Source of the DNA: Candidatus Peribacteria bacterium
GTDB lineage: Bacteria; Patescibacteriota; Gracilibacteria; Peribacterales; Peribacteraceae
Direction: 5' to 3'
DNA length: 64,000 nt
Assembly (NCBI GenBank): GCA_041691135.1
Contig: JBEPVF010000008.1
Location: 921-64,920, forward strand
This document shows, piece by piece, positions 45,009 through 52,989 of this stretch. The notes under the pieces are model-generated. The model saw only the letters and a list, made by a program, of their open reading frames with translations, did no database searches and was not told the origin of the DNA. Numbering within the stretch: the stretch's first letter is position 1; every line of letters starts with the position of its first letter. The position numbers and the translations under genes are program-made.

Positions 45009-46298
45009 CTATAGCAATGTCTGCACTGCATCCATTTCATTGTTCTTCTTCCGATTCAGTGCCTTCAGCGTTGTTTTCTCCATTACCGTATCAATGAGGG
45101 CCGACTTCATTTGATCTATGTCGCGAGGTTGCACAGCGACTTGTGGCGAAACCAACTGCTCAATTTCTTCCTCCTGGTTACTCAGTTTGGAGACCATACG
45201 CTTGATGTCCGCTGCGGCGAGCGATGCTTTGGCGTTCATCGGTTGTTTCTTGAGCGCCACTTCTTCAGCCAATGCTGGGTCCACGCGCTGTGTTTTCTGC
45301 AGCAGTTCGGTGCCCATTTTCGACATAATGATATCGGCGGCATTGCGCAGGTTAATGTGGAAGTCGAGCTCGGCAATCAGCTGAACCACATTCTCTCGCT
45401 GCTGCGGATCCATCTGCTCGGCGAATTCGTAGAGCGCAATGCGCTTGAGGCTGGCGAGGATGGGTACGACTGCTTCGGGCGAGATGACGAACACGGAGTA
45501 ACCCTCGACAATATAATGATGGTTCTTCAACTCGCTGATGGCGGATGTGGGAACGATCAGGAAAATGGATTTGTAGATCTGCTCGTTGTCTTTCACTTTC
45601 TGCACGGTGTCCTTCACCTGATTATTGATGTACGTCTGCAGGCTCTTGGCCTTCGAGACCTTGGCATCGAAGATGACGTACTGGCCCAAAAATTCAATCA
45701 TGAAATCGGGCTTGAGACTGCCGTCAAAGCCGGCAGGAAGATTCGTATTGTTGTAGGCAGTGAAGGCGAATTGCGGCTGTTTGCACAGATCGGTGAGCGC
45801 GGCGATCACCGTGTTCTCGTGATCAGCCCACATGCGGTCGCGTGCTTCTTCCAACTGTTTGCGATATTCCATGTCTTCCTGAATCACGCGCTCCTGTTCT
45901 CTGCGAAAACTCTGCTCGGCATGGGCGATTTTAGTAATCGAATCGGCATGCTCTTTTTCCTTGCGCTCGCGTTCGGCTTCGAAACGCGTCAGGCGTGACC
46001 GTAGTTCTTGGTTCTCTTTGGCCGTATTTTCCAAAGCCGCCTCGATCTGCTTATTCTGCGCAAACAGAGCTTTGCCTTTTCCTTCCTGTTGGTTCCGCTC
46101 CATGCGTTCCATCTCGTTCTGTTCACTCAGCTTCCCAATTTCTCTGGTTCGTTCATCCAAATGCGCTTTCAATGTCACGTTCTCCTCAATCAATTGACCG
46201 TATTGCTGATCAAAATCGGTGGCTGATTTCTGGAATTTCAGAAGGTAGATGACAGCGCCGAAACCGATGATCACAAACAGGGGAGTGAGGAATTCCAT
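45009..46298 (-). CDS. rmuC: DNA recombination protein RmuC
   Basis: 429 aa. N-terminal TM segment, long coiled coil, then a PD-(D/E)xK-like core ...PDFMIEFLGQYVIFDAKVSK... Confidence 0.75.
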   Translation of the reverse strand: MEFLTPLFVIIGFGAVIYLLKFQKSATDFDQQYGQLIEENVTLKAHLDERTREIGKLSEQNEMERMERNQQEGKGKALFAQNKQIEAALENTAKENQELRSRLTRFEAERERKEKEHADSITKIAHAEQSFRREQERVIQEDMEYRKQLEEARDRMWADHENTVIAALTDLCKQPQFAFTAYNNTNLPAGFDGSLKPDFMIEFLGQYVIFDAKVSKAKSLQTYINNQVKDTVQKVKDNEQIYKSIFLIVPTSAISELKNHHYIVEGYSVFVISPEAVVPILASLKRIALYEFAEQMDPQQRENVVQLIAELDFHINLRNAADIIMSKMGTELLQKTQRVDPALAEEVALKKQPMNAKASLAAADIKRMVSKLSNQEEEIEQLVSPQVAVQPRDIDQMKSALIDTVMEKTTLKALNRKKNNEMDAVQTLL

Positions 46299-46658
46299 GA
46301 GAGAATAGAGAAAAGGACAGGGAGGAATGTGTAGTATCGGTGCTGTTCGTCGTCTGACACGATGCTAACGCCTGGTGCACGTATGTCCACTTATATTTTT
46401 TATGGCTCATGGCCTAATGCAATTCACCTCCTCTTGTGCAGCCAGAAAAAGGGAAAATGAACGAGAAGTATCGCAAATTTTCCTCCTTTCGTCGCTTGTC
46501 TCATTTGCGGTATTTTGCCCTTTTAGACCAATAAAACGGTGAATAACTTGCTTTTTGCCGACCTATACGTACAATAATGCTCCGTCCGCGCTCCGCACAA
46601 CGATTTCGTTTGCGAGGCCCGGCACTAATCTTTTTTGTCCGGTTCCCATTCCTGCCGT

Positions 46659-46928
46659 ATGTCCATCAAGCGCACCCAGAAAAAGAAGATCATCAACAAG
46701 CATCGTAAGCACGATAAAGACACCGGCTCCCCGCAGGTGCAGATCGCGATCCTCACGACCGAAATCGGTCTGCTGACCGACCATCTGAAGAGCCACAAGA
46801 AGGATCACTCGGCCCGCAAAGGTTTGCTCGCCAAAGTAGCCGACCGCCGCACCCAGCTGAAGTATCTGGAGATGAACAAGCCGACGGAGTATCAGGATGT
46901 GTTGCAGGCGTTGGGCCTCAAGAAGTAA
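46659..46928 (+). CDS. rpsO: 30S ribosomal protein S15
   Basis: MSIKRTQKKKIINKHRKHDKDTGSPQVQIAILTTEIGLLTDHLKSHKKDHSARKGLL. Confidence 0.95.
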   Translation: MSIKRTQKKKIINKHRKHDKDTGSPQVQIAILTTEIGLLTDHLKSHKKDHSARKGLLAKVADRRTQLKYLEMNKPTEYQDVLQALGLKK

Positions 46929-46953
46929 TTGTTCAAACTATGATTATCCAAAA

Positions 46954-46978
46954 GGGCGCAGGAGACTGCGCCTTTTTT
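46954..46978 (+). terminator. rpsO terminator
   Basis: ggcgcag-gaga-ctgcgcc followed by tttttt. Confidence 0.75.
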
Positions 46979-47041
46979 CGTAGTTGACCCCTCTGGACCT
47001 TCTGAGTATTCTCGATCCTCTTTGTATTTCTGTAACGGTAC

Positions 47042-47386
47042 ATGAATTCAAATTCCACGCCACTGAGCCTGTTTGTGTCCCGCAATACCTTAACGTATTT
47101 GGGGGCAAGGACCGGTACGGATCATATAGATGAAGATGTAGCGCGGTTATGCACCGTACTGGGTATTTCCGAAGACATGCGCTGTCGGTTGGATAGGGCC
47201 TTGTTGCTATTTGAACTCAGACGATTTCCAAAGCCTACACCGTTCGATGAAGGTTTTCGTTTTGAGGCGACCGATAAAAATGAGCGTGTATTTGCTTCTG
47301 TCACGATGGGAGGGCAGCACCTGCGGCCGATGGCATCAATGGATGAGACTATTGCTCAATTTCTTGGGAAAAAGAAGCGCAAATGA
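47042..47386 (+). CDS. hypothetical protein
   Basis: 114-aa ORF between rpsO and pnp. No motif. Confidence 0.4.
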   Translation: MNSNSTPLSLFVSRNTLTYLGARTGTDHIDEDVARLCTVLGISEDMRCRLDRALLLFELRRFPKPTPFDEGFRFEATDKNERVFASVTMGGQHLRPMASMDETIAQFLGKKKRK

Positions 47387-47596
47387 TGCTTCCTTCGCAG
47401 GTTAAAAAGAGTATACTTTCCGTGCTCTTTCCTTCCGTCGCTCTTACTGCTCTGGGTTTACGTTTATGCTTCGATGCTTGTCATGGTGAGCGGAGTCGAA
47501 CCATGTATGTGAATCCAGCAACATCCATATGAGCGAAGGGAGAGGCAGGGTCGTTCCCGTATTCAGGGACGCCGTACCTTCCTTCCCATTCTTTTT

Positions 47597-49843
47597 ATGT
47601 CCTCTTTCGCAGAGAAAGACCACGAGTATTCGCTCGAACTCGGTGATCAAAAACTGAGTATCAAAACGGGCATGCTGGCCACGCAGGCCAATTCCACCGT
47701 TCTCGTCCAGATGGGCGATACGGTATCCATGGGTAACACCACCATCAGCGCCGAGCCGCGGCCCGGTATTGATTTCCTGCCGTTGCAGCTGGTGTACCAG
47801 GAGAAGTACTACGCCGGCGGCAAGATCGGCGGCAGCCGCTTCCGTAAGCGCGAAGGACGTCCAAGCGATGACGCCATTCTGCTCGGTCGTGTGATCGACC
47901 GCGGCATTCGTCCGATGGTCGATAAAAACATCCGCAACGACATCCAGATCTTCTGCACGGTTCTCAGCTACGACTTCGAGAATGAGCACGATATCCTGTC
48001 GGCCAATGCGGCTAACCTGTCGATCGCTCTGTCCGATTGTCCGGCTGATGGTCCGCTCGGCACCGTCCGTGTCGGTCTTATCGGCGGTGAATTGGTTTTG
48101 AATCCGTCACGCGAGGCCCGCACACGCTGCGATTTGGACATGCTCCTTACTGCATCGCTGGATCGCGTCGTCATGATCGAGGCCGGTGCCAATCAGATTG
48201 CCGAAGCCGAGATTGTCCGCGCCATCGAATTCGGCAAGAAATGGGCTCAGAAAATCGCCCGGTTCTTCGCGGATATTCAGAAAGAGATTGGCCGTCCGAA
48301 GTTCACAGTCGAAAAGCCATTCATGCATAAGGAGGGCTACGCCTTCCTGGAATCATGGGTACTGCCCACTGTCACCAAGGCTGTCAAAGAAAAGCTGCGC
48401 AAAGGCGATCGCCGCGCGATTTTCAACGATCTGATGAAGCAGGCTGGCGACAAATTGAAGGAGAAGTTTGAAGGCAGCGTGACTGATGACAACCGCGAGG
48501 AGATGGAGAAGCTCTTCAGCTACGGCCGCTCGTTCATCGACCAAATCATCAAGGCCGAAGTGCGTCGTTTAGTGCTGGAAGAAGGTATCCGCATGAGCAG
48601 CCGCAAAGTCGACGAAATCCGCCCATTGGCCGCAATGATCGATGTGCTCCCGCAGCGCGTCCATGGCTCGGCATTATTCGAGCGTGGCGAAACACAGGGA
48701 CTCACCACGGCGACACTTGGCGCGCCTGGCGACAAGCAGTTGGTCGAAGGAATGGAAGGCGAGCACAAGCTGCGCTACATGCATCATTACAACTTCCCAC
48801 CCTTCTCGGTGGGCGAGACGTCCAACCGTCTGTCGGTGGGCAATCGCGAAATCGGCCACGGCGCCTTGGCACAACGCGCGCTGGAGCCGGTATTGCCGAA
48901 GGAAGAAGACTTCCCGTACACGATTCGTACAGTGACTGAGATTCTCTCCAGCAACGGTTCGTCTTCGATGGCAGCTACCTGCGGTTCCACGTTGGCACTC
49001 ATGGCGGCCGGCGTGCCGATCAGCGCACCTGTGTCGGCTATCGCACTCGGTCTGATGTCGGATGAGTCGAAGGATCAGTACGTCATCCTCAGCGACCTGC
49101 AGGATGAAGAAGACTTCGGCGGCGATATGGACTTCAAAGTCGGCGGTACCGAAAAGGGTGTCACCGCTATCCAGATGGATATCAAGATCAAGGGTTTGCC
49201 GGATCACGTGTTTGCTGAGGCATTGGAGCGTGCACGCACCGGTCGTCAGTTCATACTCCAGGTAATGCTCAAAGCCATCGCCGAGCCACGCAAGGAGCTG
49301 AGCCCGTACGCACCGCGCATCGAAACGATGCAGATCAATCCGGAAGATATCCGCTTGGTAATCGGCAAGGGTGGCGAAATGATCCAGAAGATCACCGGCG
49401 AGCTGGGCGTGGAGATCGATATCGAGGATTCAGGTCTGCTCTTTATCACTTCGGCAAATGGCGAAGCCATGCAGAAGGCCAAGGAGTGGATCCAGGGTAT
49501 CGTGGCCAAACCCGAAGTGGGCAAGGTCTACCATTCCAAAGTGACGCGCATCATCGACGGTGTGGGTGCCATCGTGGAATTCTTGCCCGGCAAAGACGGC
49601 ATGGTCCACATCTCGGAACTCCAATGGGGTCGCACCGAACACGTCGAGGACATCCTCAAAATGGGACAGGAAGTGGATGTAAAAGTGATCGAGTACGATG
49701 CCATGGAAGGCAAGACGCGTTTGTCGCTCAAGCAGATGACCGAGCCGCCCGAAGGCTACCAGCCGCCGATGCGCAGCGGCGGATTCGGCGGACGACCCGG
49801 CGGTCCTCCACGCGGCGGATTCAGTCGCGGACCACGTCGTTAA
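47597..49843 (+). CDS. pnp: polyribonucleotide nucleotidyltransferase (PNPase)
   Basis: 748 aa. Two RNase PH domains (FGGDMDFKVGGT), KH and S1 domains (GKVYHSKVTRIIDGVGAIVEF), Gly/Arg-rich tail. Confidence 0.95.
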   Translation: MSSFAEKDHEYSLELGDQKLSIKTGMLATQANSTVLVQMGDTVSMGNTTISAEPRPGIDFLPLQLVYQEKYYAGGKIGGSRFRKREGRPSDDAILLGRVIDRGIRPMVDKNIRNDIQIFCTVLSYDFENEHDILSANAANLSIALSDCPADGPLGTVRVGLIGGELVLNPSREARTRCDLDMLLTASLDRVVMIEAGANQIAEAEIVRAIEFGKKWAQKIARFFADIQKEIGRPKFTVEKPFMHKEGYAFLESWVLPTVTKAVKEKLRKGDRRAIFNDLMKQAGDKLKEKFEGSVTDDNREEMEKLFSYGRSFIDQIIKAEVRRLVLEEGIRMSSRKVDEIRPLAAMIDVLPQRVHGSALFERGETQGLTTATLGAPGDKQLVEGMEGEHKLRYMHHYNFPPFSVGETSNRLSVGNREIGHGALAQRALEPVLPKEEDFPYTIRTVTEILSSNGSSSMAATCGSTLALMAAGVPISAPVSAIALGLMSDESKDQYVILSDLQDEEDFGGDMDFKVGGTEKGVTAIQMDIKIKGLPDHVFAEALERARTGRQFILQVMLKAIAEPRKELSPYAPRIETMQINPEDIRLVIGKGGEMIQKITGELGVEIDIEDSGLLFITSANGEAMQKAKEWIQGIVAKPEVGKVYHSKVTRIIDGVGAIVEFLPGKDGMVHISELQWGRTEHVEDILKMGQEVDVKVIEYDAMEGKTRLSLKQMTEPPEGYQPPMRSGGFGGRPGGPPRGGFSRGPRR

Positions 49844-49870
49844 TCATCGGACTGATCATGACTATTCAGA

Positions 49871-49894
49871 GCGGCGATATCCATCGCCGCTTTT
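49871..49894 (+). terminator. pnp terminator
   Basis: gcggcgat-atcc-atcgccgc followed by tttt. Confidence 0.7.
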
Positions 49895-49914
49895 GATAAA
49901 TGCTAGTTTCCGGC

Positions 49915-50823
49915 TCACTCGGTATCTGGTGTTTTAGGCAGCTTTTTCTTTTCGGCTCGTTGAATCTTTTCCTCCAGGATCACCGTGAATTTATCGAGCC
50001 GGTCAAACGCCTTTTGCTTGTCGGGACGCGTGGCATAGGGCGAAATTTTGCGCCAGGTAGGCATTGCCACCTGCAACGACGAGAGCAGCCCCCGCAGTTC
50101 CGCAGCATTGGTGTGTTTGATATGCCAATTGATTTTTGTTTGCTGGAAGACGCCGAGCAGTGAATCCAATCGCATGATGGTGCGGGTGACGGCGTCGAGC
50201 AGCAGATTCTCTCGCTTCTCATCGACGGAGTACAAATGGGCGTGCTCCTGATAGAACTCGGGAATGTCTTCCAAAAGGCCTTGGGCGTGGCGGTAGGCGA
50301 TGGTGAGGTTTTCCCAATCGTGGTCCTGCAATGCCTGCTCCTCATTCATATGCTGGATGGCATTGTCGAAGTCTTTGCGAATGATGTAGAACCCTTCGCG
50401 TGTGCTGTAGAACACGTTTTCGAATATCAACCGGTATACCAATTCGAGGGTCATCTCCTGGCGGTGCGAGACGATCTTGGCGACGAAGAGCGCGGCGATG
50501 AAGAATCCAATGACGCTCTGGCTGGCGGCGACTGCACGACAGAAGCCTTGGGGGGTCAGGTCGCCGTAGCCCACGGTGGTGGAGGTGACGATGCTGAAGT
50601 ACAAGCTGTTCCAGAATCGCGGAACCGATTCCATTCCCGTCAGACCCGTGATGCCGTTGATACTTTCCGGATAACTGAGGAAGAAGTATGCCAGCGCGTA
50701 TGCAATGACTATCCCGGTCCACAGCGAAAACAATTGCCCGTAGGGGGCCTTGGTCAGTATCTCCATGAAATGGAGCGGAGCACGGTACGTGTGGCGCAGG
50801 TTATCCCGCAATCTCGTATTCAT
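49915..50823 (-). CDS. potassium channel family protein
   Basis: Selectivity filter TSTTVGYGDLTP, two TM segments plus a pore helix, and a cytoplasmic C-terminal domain. Confidence 0.85.
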   Translation of the reverse strand: MNTRLRDNLRHTYRAPLHFMEILTKAPYGQLFSLWTGIVIAYALAYFFLSYPESINGITGLTGMESVPRFWNSLYFSIVTSTTVGYGDLTPQGFCRAVAASQSVIGFFIAALFVAKIVSHRQEMTLELVYRLIFENVFYSTREGFYIIRKDFDNAIQHMNEEQALQDHDWENLTIAYRHAQGLLEDIPEFYQEHAHLYSVDEKRENLLLDAVTRTIMRLDSLLGVFQQTKINWHIKHTNAAELRGLLSSLQVAMPTWRKISPYATRPDKQKAFDRLDKFTVILEEKIQRAEKKKLPKTPDTE

Positions 50824-50881
50824 TCGCCACTATTGTGTTGGTAATTTCCGTTGGTGGGAAGCATCGCGACTTGTGCCGTAC

Positions 50882-51169
50882 TCAGGCTGGTTTTGCCGTA
50901 TCTTTTTTGGAGGGTTCCGGCGCCGGTTTCGATTCACTTTTTTCGGCGGCCGGCGCTGCAGGTGCAGTTGTCTCTTTTGGCGTCGGCGAGCGGTTGGCAT
51001 CCGTTTTGTAGAAACCCGATCCTTTGAAATGAATCGCCGGCGGCGACATCAGCTTTTCCACGCGCTTGCTTTTGCACTTCACGCACGGCGGCAGAGTTTT
51101 GCTGCCGAAGGGCAGTGTTTCTTCAAACACTGTTCCGCATTTCTGACACTGGAAATCGAACGTGGGCAT
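50882..51169 (-). CDS. FmdB-family zinc-ribbon protein
   Basis: MPTFDFQCQKCGTVFE...CVKC...KGSGFY. Confidence 0.8.
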   Translation of the reverse strand: MPTFDFQCQKCGTVFEETLPFGSKTLPPCVKCKSKRVEKLMSPPAIHFKGSGFYKTDANRSPTPKETTAPAAPAAEKSESKPAPEPSKKDTAKPA

Positions 51170-51367
51170 GGGAGGGGAGTATAGCAGGCTCAGGTGTCAG
51201 TGGTCAGCGCCCGGAGCCCAATGCTTTTTCGTACAAGACGCGGAGACCCCATATTCCCACTCCAATTCCTCCTGCAGCTAAGCCTAGCTGTAGGACGGAA
51301 CATCCACCAATGTGAGTGTGTAAGACGTTGCCGAGAGCTGCAGCGGGGTGATTGAGTGGCATGTATG

Positions 51368-51739
51368 TCAGGCAGCTGTCCTGGAGACATGATCCACGCC
51401 GGTAAATTCTTCGATGACGTCTTGTCCGGCAGCGCCGATGATACCGAGGCCGGTGGTGATGCGTGTCGCAATGCCGGTGCCGCTTCCGAATACGATACCC
51501 AGGGATCGACGCGTCCTCGCCATGTGGCCGACCAATGGAGGCACCTCTTTGGTTGTTCCATCGATAGTGCGGGCGGCTTTGTCGATCAACAGGTCGGGTC
51601 CCTCCAACAGGATGCTTGTCACGCCAGCGACGTTCTTCAGGGGATCACCCAGGTAATCATCCGCTGCGCGGCTGCGCCATTCGTGAAGTGCCGATTCGTA
51701 GGCCAGTAGCCGATGTTCAGCGATTTGATTCTCCCTCAC
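51368..51739 (-). CDS. hypothetical protein (Gly-zipper-like segment)
   Basis: 123-aa ORF with GIVFGSGTGIATRITTGLGIIGAAG. The coding status of 51190-51740 is unclear. Confidence 0.3.
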   Translation of the reverse strand: MRENQIAEHRLLAYESALHEWRSRAADDYLGDPLKNVAGVTSILLEGPDLLIDKAARTIDGTTKEVPPLVGHMARTRRSLGIVFGSGTGIATRITTGLGIIGAAGQDVIEEFTGVDHVSRTAA

Positions 51740-51959
51740 CCGTACAAACTACTACTATTTCGACAGGCAATCCCGGAAAAACTTGCGTTTTTTATGATAA
51801 CTAAGTATAACAAAGCCGCTTTGCGCTTAGGCGCAGCTCCGCTCTTTCTATTCTCTTGAAAAATGACCGCCCTCAAAAGCGGTTATTTTTTTGTCTTTTT
51901 TGCAAGCGCTTCCCCATGCAGTTGCTCTCCTGCTACGATCAGCTGTCTTCCTCCCCCGC

Positions 51960-52349
51960 ATGCGTCAACAACTCAAAAAAATTCTTCCGGAATCATGGCT
52001 GCACTACGAGTTTAATAATCGCCAGATGCAGTGGGTGCTGATTCTGGGAAGCATCATGCTGTCGATGCTGGTGCTCTTCGCAAGTATCTCGACGCAAACG
52101 CCACTCGATCTGTTCCTGTGGGGCGGATCGATCATCTTCATCGCTGTTTTCTGCTCGCCATCTCTCAGCTCGGTGCAGAACGCGTGTGGCAACGGTCTGG
52201 ATGGTTTGTCGGACCGCGGATGGATGGTTGTCCATTTGCTGAGTAATGCGGTGTTCTACTACGTTGTTTTTCTGCTGCTCATCTTGCTGGTGCGGTTGGT
52301 GCAGAAGGCGGAGCCTGACAAGGCAATGGTGAAGGAGAAGATGGCATAG
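51960..52349 (+). CDS. hypothetical membrane protein
   Basis: 129 aa from the ATG at 51960, with four hydrophobic segments. Confidence 0.45.
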   Translation: MRQQLKKILPESWLHYEFNNRQMQWVLILGSIMLSMLVLFASISTQTPLDLFLWGGSIIFIAVFCSPSLSSVQNACGNGLDGLSDRGWMVVHLLSNAVFYYVVFLLLILLVRLVQKAEPDKAMVKEKMA

Positions 52350-52452
52350 CCCCTCATCCCCGGCCCTTCTCCCTCCACACCAATTCAATAAGGTACATAA
52401 CAAGCCATGGAGCTGGTATTTGCTACACGTGCGCTTACCGGGAGAAGGGAGG
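52349..52452. repeat. GC-rich palindromic repeat unit (left flank of the DUF559 gene)
   Basis: gcccctcatccccggcccttctccctc (52349-52375) ... ccgggagaagggagg (52438-52452). The arm is 22/26 identical to the copy inside the polymerase gene (56731-). Confidence 0.6.
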
Positions 52453-52797
52453 TAAGATAATATGAGTTGTGCGGGCTTTAATTTTCGACAAAACAAAAGA
52501 CAAATCATTGATAACTTCTGTATTAGTGAAATGAATCACGCGGTATCCTTTTTGACTTAAATAAGTTTCTCGAAATGCATCATATTCTTTCTGCATGTCA
52601 TGAATTGGTCCATCTATCTCTATAATAAGACTCTGCTCAAAACAAAGAAAATCAGCAATATACCATCCGACTGGAACTTGTCGGCGGAATTTTAATCCAT
52701 CCAGACATCGGCTTCGGAGGGCATCCCACAAAATAGTTTCCGCCTTGGTCATACGTTTTCGCAGACGCTTTGCAAAGCGGGTCTTGCTTCGTCTCAT
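52435..52797 (-). CDS. DUF559 endonuclease-domain protein (Vsr-like fold)
   Basis: 120 aa from the ATG at 52797. MTKAETILWDALRSR...KFRRQVPVGWYIADFLCFEQSLIIEIDG..H. The longer 179-aa ORF reads through the flanking repeat. Confidence 0.75.
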   Translation of the reverse strand: MRRSKTRFAKRLRKRMTKAETILWDALRSRCLDGLKFRRQVPVGWYIADFLCFEQSLIIEIDGPIHDMQKEYDAFRETYLSQKGYRVIHFTNTEVINDLSFVLSKIKARTTHIILPPFSR

Positions 52798-52840
52798 AAC
52801 TGTAGTATCGATTTGTACTACAAAATCATCTATAGACTCA

Positions 52841-52943
52841 CTCCCTTCTCCCGGCAGGTTTCTGACGTTTCTTTGAACTGGCAGCGTCAAAATGAGTTCT
52901 ATACTGATCTGGTACAGAGGGAGAAGGGCCGGGGATGAGGGGC
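52841..52943. repeat. GC-rich palindromic repeat unit (right flank of the DUF559 gene, inverted)
   Basis: ctcccttctcccgg (52841-52854) ... gagggagaagggccggggatgaggggc (52917-52943). The latter is the perfect 27-bp reverse complement of 52349-52375. Confidence 0.6.
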
Positions 52944-52989
52944 CAGAGAGGGCTGCGCCCCCGCTCATTTTCATCTATGATTCCGGCCA

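Noticed and set aside
45111-45998. 295-aa + strand ORF opposite rmuC.
   Set aside because: Antisense shadow ORF of a coiled-coil-rich gene. No motifs.
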